Source: Octopus sinensis (taxonomy: Eukaryota). Taken from it: DNA of 64,000 nt. Positions within the stretch are counted from its first letter, which is position 1, and each line of letters begins with the position of its first letter. A program made the translations under genes and the position numbers. The DNA lies in assembly GCF_006345805.1 (NCBI RefSeq), contig NC_043015.1, positions 35,154,001 to 35,218,000 on the forward strand, given 5' to 3'. This document shows, in pieces, positions 1-13,461 of this stretch. The notes under the pieces are model-generated. The model saw nothing but the letters and a program-made list of their open reading frames with translations, was not told where the DNA came from and did not search any database.

Positions 1-135
1 AGTTGGCAGAACTGTTAGCACACTGGAGGAAATGCTAAGCAGCATTTACCCAACTTTATGCTCTGTGTTCATATTCTGTTGAGGTAAATTTTGTCTTTTA
101 TTCTTTTGGTGTTGATAATATTGGTACCAGTTAAC
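1..135 (+). mobile_element. Degenerate tRNA-derived SINE (family B here)
   Basis: Resembles better-preserved copies at 15501, 7490 and 45655 (ctggcagaa..gttagca...aaatgcttag...gagttcaaattc...ctttcatcct...agtaccagtt). Confidence 0.5.
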
Positions 136-225
136 GCTGATATCCTGGTTAACACTGGGGTTGATGAAGACCTCTGGTCCTTTCTTCAGTCTTTTAGGTC
201 ATGTGTCTGTCATAATTTCATCACT

Positions 226-478
226 TAATGTCCCTTTTTCATGCTGGTACAGGTTGGATGGTTTGACTGGAGCTGGCACGGTCAGGAGCACCACCAGGTT
301 CCATGTCTGTTTTGGACCGATTTCTCTAGCTGGATTTCTCTAATGCTGATAATTTTACAAAGTGTACTGGATGCTTTTTACAGGTAACAGCATCAATGTT
401 TTTTATGTTGCACCATTACCAGTGCTTTTTACACGGCACCATCATCATCAGTTTTTTACATTTCACCATCGTCAATGC
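226..478 (-). mobile_element. Old RTE 3'-tail fragment
   Basis: Degenerate match to the shared tail (catgctggcatgggttggacggtttgactgg) plus remnants of the gtgcttttt..gtgccacc repeat. Confidence 0.5.
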
Positions 479-1021
479 TTCTCCAAAATCCAAATAGAGT
501 AAGACTAGGTCATTTAAAGTGGAGGGTAAATCGTATGAATCTTGCATACAAAGTTTGATGTTGCATGGTTAAAAGACAAAAACCTTAATGGCAGAGGATT
601 TATGAAAGCTTGATGCTAACGTGTATTTTGAGCTTAAATAACTTTTGTGGCTTATAAGTCTTTAAATTTTTCAATAACTTTTCCAATCGTATCATATACT
701 CCTTGTGTTTCCATACTTTACTATGATCCTAACCTCGCAAAAGGTATCAAGTCCCTTACTGCTATCTCTTTCTCTCTATCTATCTCTTGTGTGTGGTGAT
801 GCTGGCTGTTGCTAGTTTGTGATGTGCCCACCCATAATGGACTAACCAAGAGCAACTCATTTACTTAACTTAAACATTGACCTATTTCTGTTTGCGGCTG
901 TAATGCTTATATTTATAACACTCATGAAACTTGTATTTACAATGCTTACATTGCACTCCCCCACACACATAATAGGGGCAACAATTTTTAACATGATTGA
1001 ATGATGGTAGGTGAAAGTGAG

Positions 1022-1350
1022 GGAGCAGCTCAAAATCTCTCGTGGAAGCGTCATCCAACCAAAATGCAAATATATGGGAAACTACCACCGGTCTCATCTC
1101 TTGTGAAAGGTAGGAGAGTCCAGTTTGCTGGACATTGTTGTAGAGCTGAAAACGAAGCAATTTCTACTCTTCTCCTCTGGAAGCCATCTACTTGCAATAC
1201 CAGAGGGCGCACACTCTCCTACTCTGATGTAATCTCCAGGGATACAGGCATCCAGTAACAGGACCTCCGTAATGCTATGATGGACCGTGAAGTCTGGCGT
1301 AGCATGGTAAATTCCATTGTCTTGACCACGGTCGAACAATGATGATGATG
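1022..1350 (+). mobile_element. 3' end of an RTEX-like non-LTR retrotransposon
   Basis: Translates to LSWKRHPTK..IYGKLPP.S..V..RRVQFAGHC.R...LLLWKP...RG...Y.D.I.RDTG...DL...M.DR..WR and ends in a (GAT)n tail. Confidence 0.7.
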
Positions 1351-1398
1351 AGGGAGCAGCTGATGTGACATGTCTGTTATCAAATGATCACAGAAACT

Positions 1399-4300
1399 AT
1401 TTTTCAGGTGCTGAATAACATCATTCCTTCCCATGTTCCCTCCCACATCTCTTTCCCAGTTTTCAGAGTTGGCACTATCAATGTAGGCATAATGAAATGT
1501 AGGTCTAGTGAGACTGTTGAGATAGTTGAACAGAGGTGTGTTGATGCATGTTGCATCCAAGAGGTAAGGTGAAGAGGAGCTTCGACCAAGTTCCTCACAG
1601 GCAAGACAGATATAAAATCTTCTGGGAAGATAGCAACAATGAGGTAGATGGCATGGGTATACTTCCTGCAGAAAAATGGATGGATAAGGTCATAGAGGTA
1701 GTCAGAGCATGCAATAGAGTGCTTAAGCTTAGGCTAGTCTTACAGAACAGTATAATGACAATTATCATTGCCTATGCCCCTTGACCGGGCCTACCAAACA
1801 AACAGAAGGAACAATTTCATGATATTCTTCTGCAGGCTACCTCAAAGATAAGTGACAATAATCTCCTCATTAGAGATGGGGATTTCAATGAGCATCTTTT
1901 CCAATCTGGAAAAGAAGGATTTGGAAGCTTAAGGACCCTTCATATGGTCAGAGATTTAGGGACATCCTAACTGAGAAATTTGATGAAAGGGACGAGGAAC
2001 ATAGAGGGCAGCTGGGAATTCCTGAGTAACCATTTGCTGAGTACCACAGACTGAATCTGTGACTGGTGCAAAGTCTCATCCAGACCTTGGGTAATGTGGT
2101 GGTGGAACAAGGCAGTAGAGAGAGCCATTAGAGCTAAGAAACAGGCCTGGAAGAATGGGGATAGCAAGGAACTCTATCAGATTGTCGAACAGATGCTAGG
2201 AAAAAAGTATATCTTGTCAAGAAAGAAGTAGAAATGAAGAAGATTGGCTATTTTCAGTGATGTGAGGACCAAAGAACTGAAGTGCTTCGAATTGCAAGAC
2301 AGTGAGTGAGAGAAAAGCGTAATGTCATAGGAGAGAAATGTATCCGTATGGATGATCATGCATTTCTGAGAAGAAAGAGACTTGAAAATGCCATTATGAA
2401 AGACTGATGAATATAGAGAATGAGTGGGAGGAGGAAAGCCTGCCAGATGACCTAATTGAGGGACTGGCGATCCAAATCGACAGTCCCATGTTAGATAAAG
2501 CAATTATGGATATGAAGACAGGAAAAGATGCTGGATCATCAGGAATCACTGCTGAGATGCTTAAAATATCTGGTGGTGTAGGTTATGGTCTTGTCACCCG
2601 TATTGTAAATCAGGTGATCCACGAAGGAGTCATACCCACCCAATAACTGGTGTAGCAGCATCATAGTCAACTACTACAAAGGTAAAGGTGATGCCTTGGA
2701 TAGAAATAATTACAGAGGCATTAAACTGTTGGATCAGGTGATGGAAATTATGGAGAGGGTCATAGCCCAACTAATTAGGGAGAGAGTTAGTCTAGATGAG
2801 ATGCAGTTTGGGTTTTGTGCCAGATAGAAGCACCACTGATGCTAAATTTCTGGTAAGGCAGTTGCAGGGGAAATACGTAGCCAAAGATAAACCTCTGTAC
2901 TTGGCCTATGTTGACAGGGTCCCCAAATCCCTTATCTGGTGTTCAATGCAAGAACTAAGAATAGACGAGTGGTTGGTGAGAGCTGTACAAGCTATGTCCA
3001 GTGATGCTACCAGTAAGGTGAGGGTTGGCAACAAGTACAGTGAAGAATTCTGGGTACAAATAGGGGTTCACCAAGGATCAGTGCTCAGCCCTCACTTGTT
3101 CATCATAGTCCTGGCAATAACAGAAGAATTCAAGACAGGCTACTACTGGGAGCTCCTCTATGCTGATGACCTTGTTCTTATAGCTGAATCACTACCAGAA
3201 CTAGAGAAGAGGTTCCAGGTAGGGAAGCAAGATCTAGAATCAAAGAGCCTTAGAGTTAATCTAGCAAAAACCAAAGTCATAGTAAGTAGGAGAGCAGACA
3301 AATCACAAATCCCCTCAGGTAGATGGCCCTACTCGATCTGTAGAAAAGGTGTAGGTAGAAACTCCATAAGATGCACCCAGTGTAAGCTCTGGACACATAA
3401 AAGGTGCAGTAAAATCAGGAGGGTTAACAGTGAAACTAAAGTTTGTCTGTGGAAGATGCACAGGTAAATGCTGAAAATAGACTCCATCAGCTGCCAGTGG
3501 GGCAAGGTAGAGGTAGCAGATAGCTTCCGTTATCTATCTGACCAAGTTTGTAGTGGAGGTGGATGCTCCAAGAGAGTAACTGTGAGAATAATATTAGGCT
3601 GGGAAAAGTTCAGAGAGTTGGCAACAAAGGGCCTCTCTCTCTCAGAATGAAAGGCAGATTGTTTGATGCCTGTGTACAAACAGCTATGCTGCATGGCAGT
3701 GAAACATGAGCTATGACAGCTGGGGATATACATATGCTTGAGAGAAATGAAGCCAGTGTGCTTCACTGGATGTGCAATGTCAGCATGCATGTTCGACAGA
3801 GTGTAAGCATTTTGAGAGAAAAGTTAGAGATAAGAGGAATCAGATGTGGTGTGCAGGAGGGACAACTACACTGGTCACATGATGCATATGGTTGAGGACA
3901 TCTATATGCCTGATCTCACAGAGGCAATGACTAGTGACCGAGACCTTTGGAGATTTGCTGTTCTGGTGGCATGTAAAGAATACATTTTGAAAGTTGGGCC
4001 ACATGAAGCAAAGTAACTGAGTTCCATTTGAGCACTGGGCCTTATAGAGGCAAAGAGGCTGAGTTCCTTTCGAGCATTGTGCCTCATGGAAGCAATGTCT
4101 CAGACCTTTCATATTATATCACGCTTGAGAAGAAGACCCATCAAGCTGAGCAAAACCATAGTCATGGCAGATACCGGTGTCATACAAATTGGTACCCATG
4201 TTGGTGGCACATAAAAGCATCCCGGTGTCATGCAAATGGCACCTGTGCAGGTGACATGCAAAAGCACCTATTGTACTCTCAAGTGTTTGGCATTAGGAAT

Positions 4301-4428
4301 GGCATCTAGCTCTAGAAAACCATGCCAAATCAGACTGGAGCCTGGTGTAGCCTTTCAGTGTATCAACTCGGTGAAAGCGTCCAACCCGTGCCAGCATGGA
4401 CAACGGACATTAAATGACGATGATGATG
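1399..4428 (+). mobile_element. Degenerate RTE-clade LINE (APE remnant, RT, PHD-like finger, 3' tail), many stops and frameshifts
   Basis: RVGTINVG...CCIQEVR (APE); GVHQGSVLSP..F, LLYADDL (RT; ORF 2796..3467); ends with shared tail and (GAT)n at about 4414-4428. Confidence 0.88.
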
Positions 4429-6546
4429 AAAGAAAAGAAGCATATTTTTCTGCTTAATGTGTTATGATGCTATGCATGAGTGACAGAACACAAATGAACT
4501 CAGGAAAAGAGGAATCAAATTCAGTGAGCAGGAGAATGAAATGTCTTGCTATGGGGATACAAAATACCAATTTGTATATGTGAATTACTTTACATGTCAA
4601 CAGTACCTGTTTACCTGTCATTAAAGTAAATAAATATAGCTTCAATGAATTTTATATTCAAATACAAAACTGATTTTTCATTTGCTTTCTTGTGTATTTT
4701 TTTACTTATTTATACACAATTACACATTTTTGATGCTGAAATGGGTTGTACAGTCAGTCAAGGTTTGAGTCATTTCTTATCAGTGGCTGCTGCTCTTGTA
4801 CATTTGATTAGGCTTAATTTCTATGGCTGGATGCCCTTCCTGTGGCCAACCACTTTACTAAGTGTAGTAGGTGTATTTCTTGTGCTACTGACACTTGAAA
4901 GGTTGAATAAGTGTCAGCGAGACAGGACTAAGGGGACCTCTATACTTTCTCTGTTCATTTGCCAACCACTTTACAGAGTATTCAATGCAAGTATCATGGC
5001 AGCAGCAATAGGGATTTCATTTCACTCAATAATTACTGCAAATGGAGTGTGGCAGTGGGTATCTGTTATTGTACCAGCAAAAAGGAGGGGGTTGTAAATG
5101 CATCAAAACAGGTAAGAGTGCCTTGCACATAGTAAATGTATAGGGTACTTAGTAACCGAAGACATTTAGACTGAGGAGGGGATTATGAGAGAGAACGATG
5201 ACAACAGAAAGACCAGAAATGAGCAGCTGAGATGTGCCTGCTTGTAAGTGTCGAGATTATTTAATAAGCCAGGAAATGTGACTGACAAGGGGAATAGGAT
5301 GATATCAGGAACAGAATGGGTAGATGAAATAAGGAGGAGCATGATAGAAAAAGCCAGGTTATCTTTTGTTACATGGGTCGAATCAAGAAGGGAGTGATTG
5401 AGAATGTCAGAAGTGGACAAAGGTAAGGGCAGATGATGGGATAAAGGTGAGAGTAGGTGTTGGATGACCACAGAAATGGCTCAGGGGAAGAGAGAATGGT
5501 TGACAATAAATAAAGACAAGGTTAGAGTGTATTAGGTATAGGGATGTGGGCAATCTTGTGCAATCTCTTCTGTATAAGTTTAGTGAAGGGTGAAGAAGTC
5601 AGATTGATGTAGAGATACAGTCGAGGACAAGTGGTGGTGAGATGAGAAATGGAGGCTTATGAAGAACAAAGAGATGAAAATGGTGGTGGTGGTGGGTGAT
5701 CAATCAAAGATACAAGGAAAAGGGAACAAGAAATGCAGTCATGGCAGTGTATAAAATATTTTAGCTTCTAAACAGGGTACATTTTGCTATGGGTGATCAG
5801 ATTCTTTGTAGCACTTCATACCCCCCACCACCACCACCCCCAGTCAATATGGCCCTTTGTTATCTCCTCCACAAGACAAGGCATTCACTACTTTGTCCCA
5901 AATATTTCTTGGTTTCCCTATTCTACAGGTTCTACTAACTTGAAATATTTGGCATTTTTTAATGCAGCAATCGTTTTTCATATGCATTACATACCTGTAC
6001 CAGTTCAGCTTTCTCACCTGAACACCAAACTCGATTCCTTCTATACCAAATTTATATTTTTCAACTCATTTGTAATCTGACATTCATACACATTAACATT
6101 ATACATCCATGGGAGCATGTTACACTGTCCATTAATATACTTAACTTATGCATACAGACATGCATATAAATATTTACATACATTAATATGTATACACATA
6201 TATTTGCATAGACACACACTATTATAAAAAAACAATCTAACATACAAGACACTAACTTTCACTTTCACTTTAAATGACTGACTTCAGTTTACTACATCTC
6301 ATGAACTCCAGTGTTTACCATCCAGCCACATGTCAGAACTTTTACATGTCCTGACTTCTACAAATGATGTTCAATACTTAATTGTATGTCATATCTTGAC
6401 CACCTTAATAATGTCTTTCTTGTCATGGCTTCCTTAATAACCCACCACATGTGACATTCATTAATGAATGACCTTACCACATATCCACATCATCGATTGC
6501 TCTATCTAACAATGTCTAAATATATAAAAGACTAAAAATGTCTTAC

Positions 6547-6755
6547 CTCATTGTTATTACAGTGTGCAGATTGGAACGAACCCGTTTAGTATAGCATGTA
6601 TACAGATTGGTTTTAGTTGGTTGTAGTCCCATATCTTGTACAGAAGGTTTCATGGCTTCATAAATCTTATCAAGTTCATCAAGGCTATAAATGTTTGGCA
6701 CATCTCCAGCATTCAAAATGTTGTTTAAATCTTCGAGAAATGATTCATTCTTTAT
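6547..6755 (-). CDS. DNAH1: Dynein heavy chain exon (209 nt, phase 0-2): IKNESFLEDLNNILNAGDVPNIYSLDELDKIYEAMKPSVQDMGLQPTKTNLYTCYTKRVRSNLHTVITM(S)
   Basis: Acceptor tttttaacag, donor gtaaga; ESFLED.NN.LN.GDVPN.Y motif; not in the supplied ORF track. Confidence 0.96.
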
Positions 6756-7149
6756 CTGTTAAAAAGGAATGGAATTTAGTACTATACAACAACAACAAAA
6801 GTATTTTGTTTTCTTTTTTGCCTAAGTATGTAGACTAGAATTAACAGGTGAAAAGGACTAATTAATAGAAAATAAGCAAAATGATACAAGAGAGTTACCT
6901 TGATTTTGCTCACCAAAGAAAAGTAAATATTATACAAGAGTTATGCACTGTGAGTGGTGTGAGGAGGGAGACAAGGGTACGGAAAGGATGCAAAAGAGAA
7001 ACTTTAAAAATATACTTTGGAAAGAAAATTAAAGAATATATATTGTCAATGTAAGATATCAACCTAATCCAGGAAGAAAATCCCAAACAACAAGAAATTA
7101 TCAAAGTGGTACTGAAATAATGTAAAAAGTTAAAATGGTTCATATAAAA

Positions 7150-7425
7150 AAATGGATAACCGGCTTCTGTGCCAGTGGCACATGAAAGGGCACCATTCGA
7201 GTGTGATCATTACCAGCGTCACCTTGCTGGCACTTGTGCCCGTGCTAGTAGGGTGTCAAGAGCACCATTCAAGCGTAATCGTTGCCAGAGCAGCCAACTG
7301 GCTTCCGTGCTTGTGGCACGTAAAAGGCACCATTTGAGCGTGATAGTTACCAACATTGCCTTACTGGCACCTGTACCTGTGGCATGTGTAAAAAGATTTG
7401 AGCGAGGTTGTTGCCAGTACCGCCT
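7150..7425 (+). mobile_element. Fragment of RTE 3'-UTR tandem repeats
   Basis: Three diverged ggcac(g/a)t(a)aaa..gcaccatt.gag units like those at 18457-18978. Confidence 0.65.
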
Positions 7426-7489
7426 ATAAAACAGTTTCAAATTTTGGGAGAAGATCATAAATTCTGGAGGAGGGAATATGTTCGTTACA

Positions 7490-7648
7490 CCAGCACCAGT
7501 ATTCAACTTTCATCAAATACTTATTTTGTCAACCCTAAAAGGATGAAATTTAATCCTGGCAGCATTTGAACTCAAGACATAAATTTGGAAGAAATGTTGC
7601 TAAGCATTTATCCCAGAGTAGTAACAATTCTGCCAGCTCGGTGCCTTA
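7490..7648 (-). mobile_element. tRNA-derived SINE (family B)
   Basis: Reverse complement reads ..gagctggcagaattgttac...aaatgcttagc...gagttcaaatgctgcc...ttcatccttt. Confidence 0.6.
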
Positions 7649-8132
7649 ATATACAATATGTAATTGTAAGACACTACATGAGATAATATGAGAGTTCTTC
7701 AAAATAGATTATACTAAAAACGAATAAGATTTATAAACTAAAAGACCTCAAATAAACAATTTTCCCAAATCTTCTGAAAACATTTCAATAAACAACCAAT
7801 TCTACTGATACTTGATTGTCGGAAGCAAAAGACAGGCAGAAAATATCTTGTAAGCTTAGAAATTCAGTTGCTAGTCAATGTAGTGGAATCAAATAAGATG
7901 AACATATTAACAGTTTGCTTTTGATGGTTTTTTATCATTCATTCATACTCTCCTTAATTTAAATAGGTAACACCATGCAGGCTTATTCGACATATATGAA
8001 AGCTATTGATAAAATACATGGAAGTCAAAAGGATTCTGTGATGAAATTAACTTAATCGTTTGTTGGTAGATAAAGAATCTGAATAGACTGCGTACTCACT
8101 AGGAAATGGGATAGACAACATTATAGCATTCA

Positions 8133-8700
8133 CCATCATCATTATCATCATCGTTTAACGTCCGCCTTCCATGCTAGCATGGGTTGGACGATTCGACTGA
8201 AGTCTGGCAAACCAGATGGCTGCACCAGGCTCCAATCTTGATCTGGCAATGTTTCTACAGCTGGATGCCCGTCCTAACGCCAACCACTCCAAGAGTGTAG
8301 TGGGTGCTTTTACATGCCACCGGCACAGGGGCCAGTCAGGTGGTACTGGCAACGACCTAACTCGAATCTTTTTACACATGCCACTGGCACAGGTGCCAGT
8401 AAGACGATGCTGGTAATGATCACGCTCGAATGGTGTCTTTTACACGTCACAAACACGGAGGCCAGTTAGCCGCGCTGGCAACGATCTCGCTTGGATGGTG
8501 CTCTTAATACCCTACAAGCACAGGGCTCGAGTGCCAGTAAGGTGATGCTGGTAACAATCACGCTCGAATGGTGCCTTTTAAGTGCTACTGGCACTGAAGC
8601 CAGTTAGCCGCTCTGTCAATGATCACGCTTGTCTGGTGCTCTTTGCACCCTGAAGCACAGACGCCAGTCATCGAATTTGATTTTGACTTTGATTTCACTT
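8133..8700 (-). mobile_element. RTE 3' UTR/tail fragment with tandem units
   Basis: (CAT)n-cgtttaacgtccgccttccatgctagcatgggttgg...ctggatgcccgtcctaacgccaaccac, then about 5 repeat units. Confidence 0.8.
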
Positions 8701-9209
8701 GGAAAATAAACAACTCAGCAAAAATTAGTAATCAACAAGCTCAGGATAAGAGTAAGATGGAATCAAGGACACAAAACAATCTCATGAAGGAAAGTATGGA
8801 GGCCAAAAGACGCCATGGCTAGATATAGGTTCAAAGAAGTACTAGCTGGCATATGTGACAGGAGGCAGAAAGAGATAGAAACTTATAGCATAGGGTTGGA
8901 AGTCTCTGTAAAAGAACCTATTGCAAACAACAGAAGAGGTTTATATCTATGGTATTATTCCACCTGACAGTGAAATAATACTCTAGATATATAAATCTAA
9001 GAGAGAAGCCTGGAAAGTCAGGAAGAATGGGGAGCACAAACAGTAATATTAAGTAGACAGAAAAAAAACAAAAACGAAAATAGATGTCATATACACTTAG
9101 TAAGGTATGAAGTCAAAAGTAAGAGGTTTGTTTTGTTGTAAAGCATGAGTATCAGAAACACAGGGTGTTCATGACAGCAAAGTATTGTACTAAAATTAAG
9201 CTGTTTGGA

Positions 9210-9280
9210 AAAAGTGTGACACTTAAGAAAAAGCTATATGGAACACTTCCATATAGCTTTTTTTGAAGTGTTATACTTTT
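9210..9280. repeat. 71-bp hairpin (34-bp arms, 3-nt loop)
   Basis: Arms 9210-9243 and 9247-9280 match at 30/34 positions; the inner 16 bp are perfect. Confidence 0.85.
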
Positions 9281-9578
9281 TTTTCTCATGAAAAGTTATT
9301 GAATAAGGAGAATGTATGGGAAGCAGAGGGCTTAATACAATTTCATCTGCAGAGGGGCCAGCCATTGGAGTTGACAGCTAAACAATTAAAAGTGTGAGCA
9401 AAGAAATGAAGGTTAGGAGAACAGATGAAATACTGAAAATATTTGGTGAAGTCATAAATAATGTGAGTTCATGGCTGTTTCCTGTACCAGTTTCGCATAG
9501 CAGCCCCAGCCCATCCAAAGTACCTTGGATTGCAGAACGACCTGCTGTGTTTACCTTGGATCATAGGGTGACCTGCTG

Positions 9579-10510
9579 TGCTTGAGGAGACCTATTGAGT
9601 CAAGTACATCAACATCAAAAAACCAAATGGAAATTGGAGTTATGATCCCTGTGCCAGCGACACATAAAAAGCACCATCCGAACGTGGCCGATGCCAGCGC
9701 CGCCTTGACTGGCTTCTGTGCCGGCGACACATAAAAAGCACCATCCGAACGTGGCTGATGCCAGCGCCGCCTTGACTGGCTTCTGTGCCAGCCACACATA
9801 AAAAGCACCATTCGAACGTGGCCGATGCCAGCGCCGCCTTGACTGGCTTCTGTGCCGGCGACACATAAAAAGCACCATCCAAATGTGGCCGATGCCAGCG
9901 CCGCCTTGACTGGCTTCTGTGCCGGTGACACATAAAAAGCACCATCCAAATGTGGCCGATGCCAGCGCCGCCTTGACTGGCTTCTGTGCCGGCGACACAT
10001 AAAAAGCACCATCCAAATGTGGCCGATGCCAGCGCCGCCTTGACTGGCTTCTGTGCCGGCGACACATAAAAAGCACCATCTGAACGTGGCCGATGCCAGC
10101 GCCGCCTTGACTGGCTTCTGTGCCGGCGACACATAAAAAGCACCATCTGAACGTGGCCGATGCCAGCGCCGCCTTGACTGGCTTCTGTGCCGGCGACACA
10201 TAAAAAGCACCATCTGAACATGGCCGATGCCAGCGCCGCCTTGACTGGCTTCTGTGCCAGCGACACATAAAAAGCACCATCTGAACATGGCCGATGCCAG
10301 CGCCGCCTTGACTGGCTTCTGTGCCAGTGGCATGTAAAAAGCACCCACTACACTCATGGAGTGGTTGGTGTTAGGAAGGGCATCCAGCTGTAGAAACACT
10401 GCCAGATCAGATTAGAGCCTGGTGTAGCCTTCTGGCTTCCCAGACCCCGGTCGAACTGTCCAACTCGTGCTAGCACGGAAAACGGCCGTTAAACAATGAT
10501 GATGATGATT
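9579..10510 (+). mobile_element. 5'-truncated RTE 3' UTR with an expanded minisatellite (10 x 67 bp, 9661-10330) and terminal tail
   Basis: Start matches 36203-36240 of the near-full-length RTE; cacataaaaa recurs at 9661, 9728, 9795 ... 10264; (GAT)n end. Confidence 0.9.
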
Positions 10511-10646
10511 TGCTATTTACTCAGTTGATTAAATAGTACAAGATGGTGTCATATTCAATGGTTTGTATAGTAGTATCACTCTAGAAACTTAGAAAAGTCT
10601 AGAGAAGGGAAACTACAGAAGCATCAAATTAATGAAGCATATTAGG

Positions 10647-13449
10647 AGAAGGGTCTGGAAACTTAAAGATCCTGAAAATGGACGGAGATTTAGAGAAGTT
10701 CTACTTGAAGCTTTCGATGAAATAGAAGGGGATATAGCATCACATAATGTGGAAGCCAACTGGAGGTTTCTATGGGACAATCTGCTGACAGCCAATGACC
10801 AGATCTGTGGATGGAGCAAAGTCCCATCTCGTCCCAGGGTAACGTGGTGGTGGAACAATGTTGTAGACAGGGCTATTAGAGACAAGAGACAGGCCTGGAA
10901 GGACTGGAGGAATGGCGGTAGTAGGGAAGTGTATCAGACTGCGAAAAGAGAAGCTAGGAGACAGGTATATTTAGCCAGAGGGGAAGGAGATAAGAAAAAA
11001 TTTGCCAATGTTCTGTGCCGTGAGGACCAAAGACTTGAGGTGTTTCGTGTTACAAGACAGTGTGTGAGAGAGAATCGTGATGTGGTAGGAGAGAAATGTG
11101 TTTGCATGAAAGATGGTTCACTTGCGCTAAATGAGAATGCAAAGAGAGAGGTTTGGAGACACCACTATGAAAGGTTGCTCAAAAAGAGAATGAATGGGAT
11201 AAAGAGAGTCTGCCGAATGTCGACCCAATAGAGGGACCAGCTATCCGAGTTGACAGTTCCATGGTTGTTAAGGCAATTAGAAGCATGAAGACAGGGAAAG
11301 CCCCATGCCCATCAGGAATTACTGCTGAGATGCTCAAAATATCTGGCAGTGTCGGCTATAGCCTAGTCACCCGTATAGTTAACCAGGTGATACACGAAGG
11401 AGTCATACCCAATGACTGGTGTAGTAGCATAATAGTCAACTGCTACAAAGGTAAAGGTGACGCCCTAGATACAAGTAATTACAGAAGTATCAAGCTGTTG
11501 GATCAGGTGATGAAGGTTACGGAAAGGGTCATAGCCCAACTGATTAGAGAGAGAGTCAACCTGGACAAGATGCAGTTTGGTTTCGTGCCAGGGAAAAGCA
11601 CCACCGATGCCATATTTCTGGTGAGACAGCTGCAGGAGAAATGCCTAGCCAAAGATAAAACTCTGTACCTGGCTTTCATTGACTTGAAGAAAGCCTTCGA
11701 CAGGGTCCCCCGATCTCTTATCTGGTGGTCAATGAGGAAACTAGGGATAGATGAATGGTTAGTGAGAGCTGTGCATGCCATGTACAGGGACGCTGTTAGT
11801 AAGGTGAGGGTTGGCAACGAATACAGTGAAGAATTCCGGGTGGAGGTTTGTGTCCACCAAGGCTCAGTCCTCAGCTCCCTCCTATTTATCATAATCCTCC
11901 AGGCAATAACGGAGGAATTCAAGACAGGATGCCCCTGGGAGTTCCTCTATGCTGATGACCTTGCTCTAATTGCTGAATCATTATCAGAACTCGAGGAGAA
12001 GTTTCAGGTGTGGAAGCAAGGATTAGAATCGAAGGGCCTTAAAGTCAATCTAGCTAAAACCAAAGTCCTAAAAAGTAGGAAGGTAGACAAATCTCAAATG
12101 CCTTAAGGTAGATGGCTCTGCTCGATCTGTAGAAAAGGCGTAGGTAGGTACTCTATAAGATGCACCAAGTGTAAGCTATGGACACATAAGAGGTGCAGCA
12201 ATGTCAAAGGAAGGCTAACTAGGAATATAGTTTTTGTATGTGGCAGATGCTCTAGTGCAATAAACACTGAAAATGTGCAGAGACCGTTTTCCGCCACATT
12301 CCAAGGAGAAAAACTAGAAATAGTTGATAGTTTCCATTACCTAGGTGATCAAGTCAGTAGTGGGGGTGGGGGTGCCGAAAGTGTAACTGCTAGAGTAAGA
12401 ATAGCCTGGGCAAAGTTCAGAGAGCTCTTACCTCTGCTGGTGACAAAAGGCCTCTCGCTCAGAGTAAAAGGCAGACTGTATGACGCATGTGTACGAACAG
12501 CCATGCTACATTGCAGTGAAACATGGGCCGTGACTGCTGAGGATATGCATAAGCTCGCAAGAAATGAAGCCAGTATGCTCCGATGGATGTGTAATGTCAG
12601 TGATCATACCCGACAGAGTGTAAGTGCCTTGAGAGAAAAGTTGGACCTAAGAAGCATCAGATGTAGTGTGCATGAGAGACGTCTACGCTGGTATGGACAC
12701 GTGGTAAGAATGGATGAAGATAGTTGTATGAAAAAGTGCCAAACCCTAGCGGTTGAGGGAACCTGTGGAAGAGGTAGACCCAGGAAAACCTGGGACGAGG
12801 TGGTGAAGCACGACCTTCGCTCTTTAGGTCTCACCGAGGAAATGACCAAAGACCGAGACCTTTGGAAGTATGCTGTGCGTGAGAAGACCCGGCAGGACAA
12901 GTGAGGCCATAACCCGTGGCCCCTACCTGGGACGTAGTCAGTCCACCTGTGCATACCTTCCTTCTTGGGACACATAACTCTACTGTGAAGACCTGTTGAG
13001 GCAAGTGAAAATCAAAATCAAAGAATCAAATCAAAATCAAAATCGATCCACATCAATGGAATATGTAGTTTGTGGTACCAGTGCCGGTGGCACATAAGAG
13101 AACCATCCGAACATGGCCGTAGCCAGGACCGCATCGACTGGCCTCCGTGCTGGTGGCACGTAACAAACACCATCCGATCATGGCTGTGCCAGCCTCGCCT
13201 GGCCTCCATGCCGGTGGCACGTAAAAAACACCATCCGCGCATGGCCGTTCGCCAGCCTCGTCTGGCACCTGTGTCGGTGGCACATAAAAAGCACCCATTA
13301 CAAATACGGAGTGGTTGGCGTTAGGAAGGGCATCCAGCTGTAGAAACACCGCCAGATCTGACTGGCCTGGTGCAGCCTTCGGGCTTCCCAGACCCCAGTT
13401 GAATCATCCAACCCATGCTAGCATGGAAAGCGGACGTTAAACGATGATT
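10647..13449 (+). mobile_element. 5'-truncated RTE-clade LINE (linker, RT, PHD-like finger, C-terminus, 3' UTR), disrupted
   Basis: ORFs 10632..11231, 11261..12106 (GVHQGS-like, FLYADDL) and 12275..12904 are colinear pieces of one ORF broken by a frameshift near 11180 and TAA at 12104-12106; shared tail. Confidence 0.95.
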
Positions 13450-13461
13450 ATGTAAGTTGAT

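Noticed and set aside
5166-5700. Purine-rich stretch with a 101-aa minus-strand ORF (similar low-complexity tracts at about 53820-54130 and 57180-57400)
   Set aside because: Compositional bias explains the ORF; I recognised no motif or clear homology.
1-6546. Next dynein exon (expected to start ..PIGE.FR.RLRQFPSLVNCCTIDW)
   Set aside because: Not found on the minus strand by eye, so it is presumed to lie left of the window; the preceding exon was likewise not found in 61437-64000.
9661-10330. CRISPR-like appearance of the regular 67-bp array (and the 60-61-bp array at 25287-25711)
   Set aside because: Units are repeated in full with no unique spacers, there are no cas genes, and the context is a eukaryotic intron inside a LINE 3' UTR.
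9551-10399. Three overlapping long minus-strand ORFs (282, 234 and 221 aa) with repetitive Arg/Trp/Cys-rich sequence
   Set aside because: They arise from a stop-free 67-bp tandem repeat that cycles through frames; the same pseudo-peptides appear wherever the RTE 3' UTR repeats occur.
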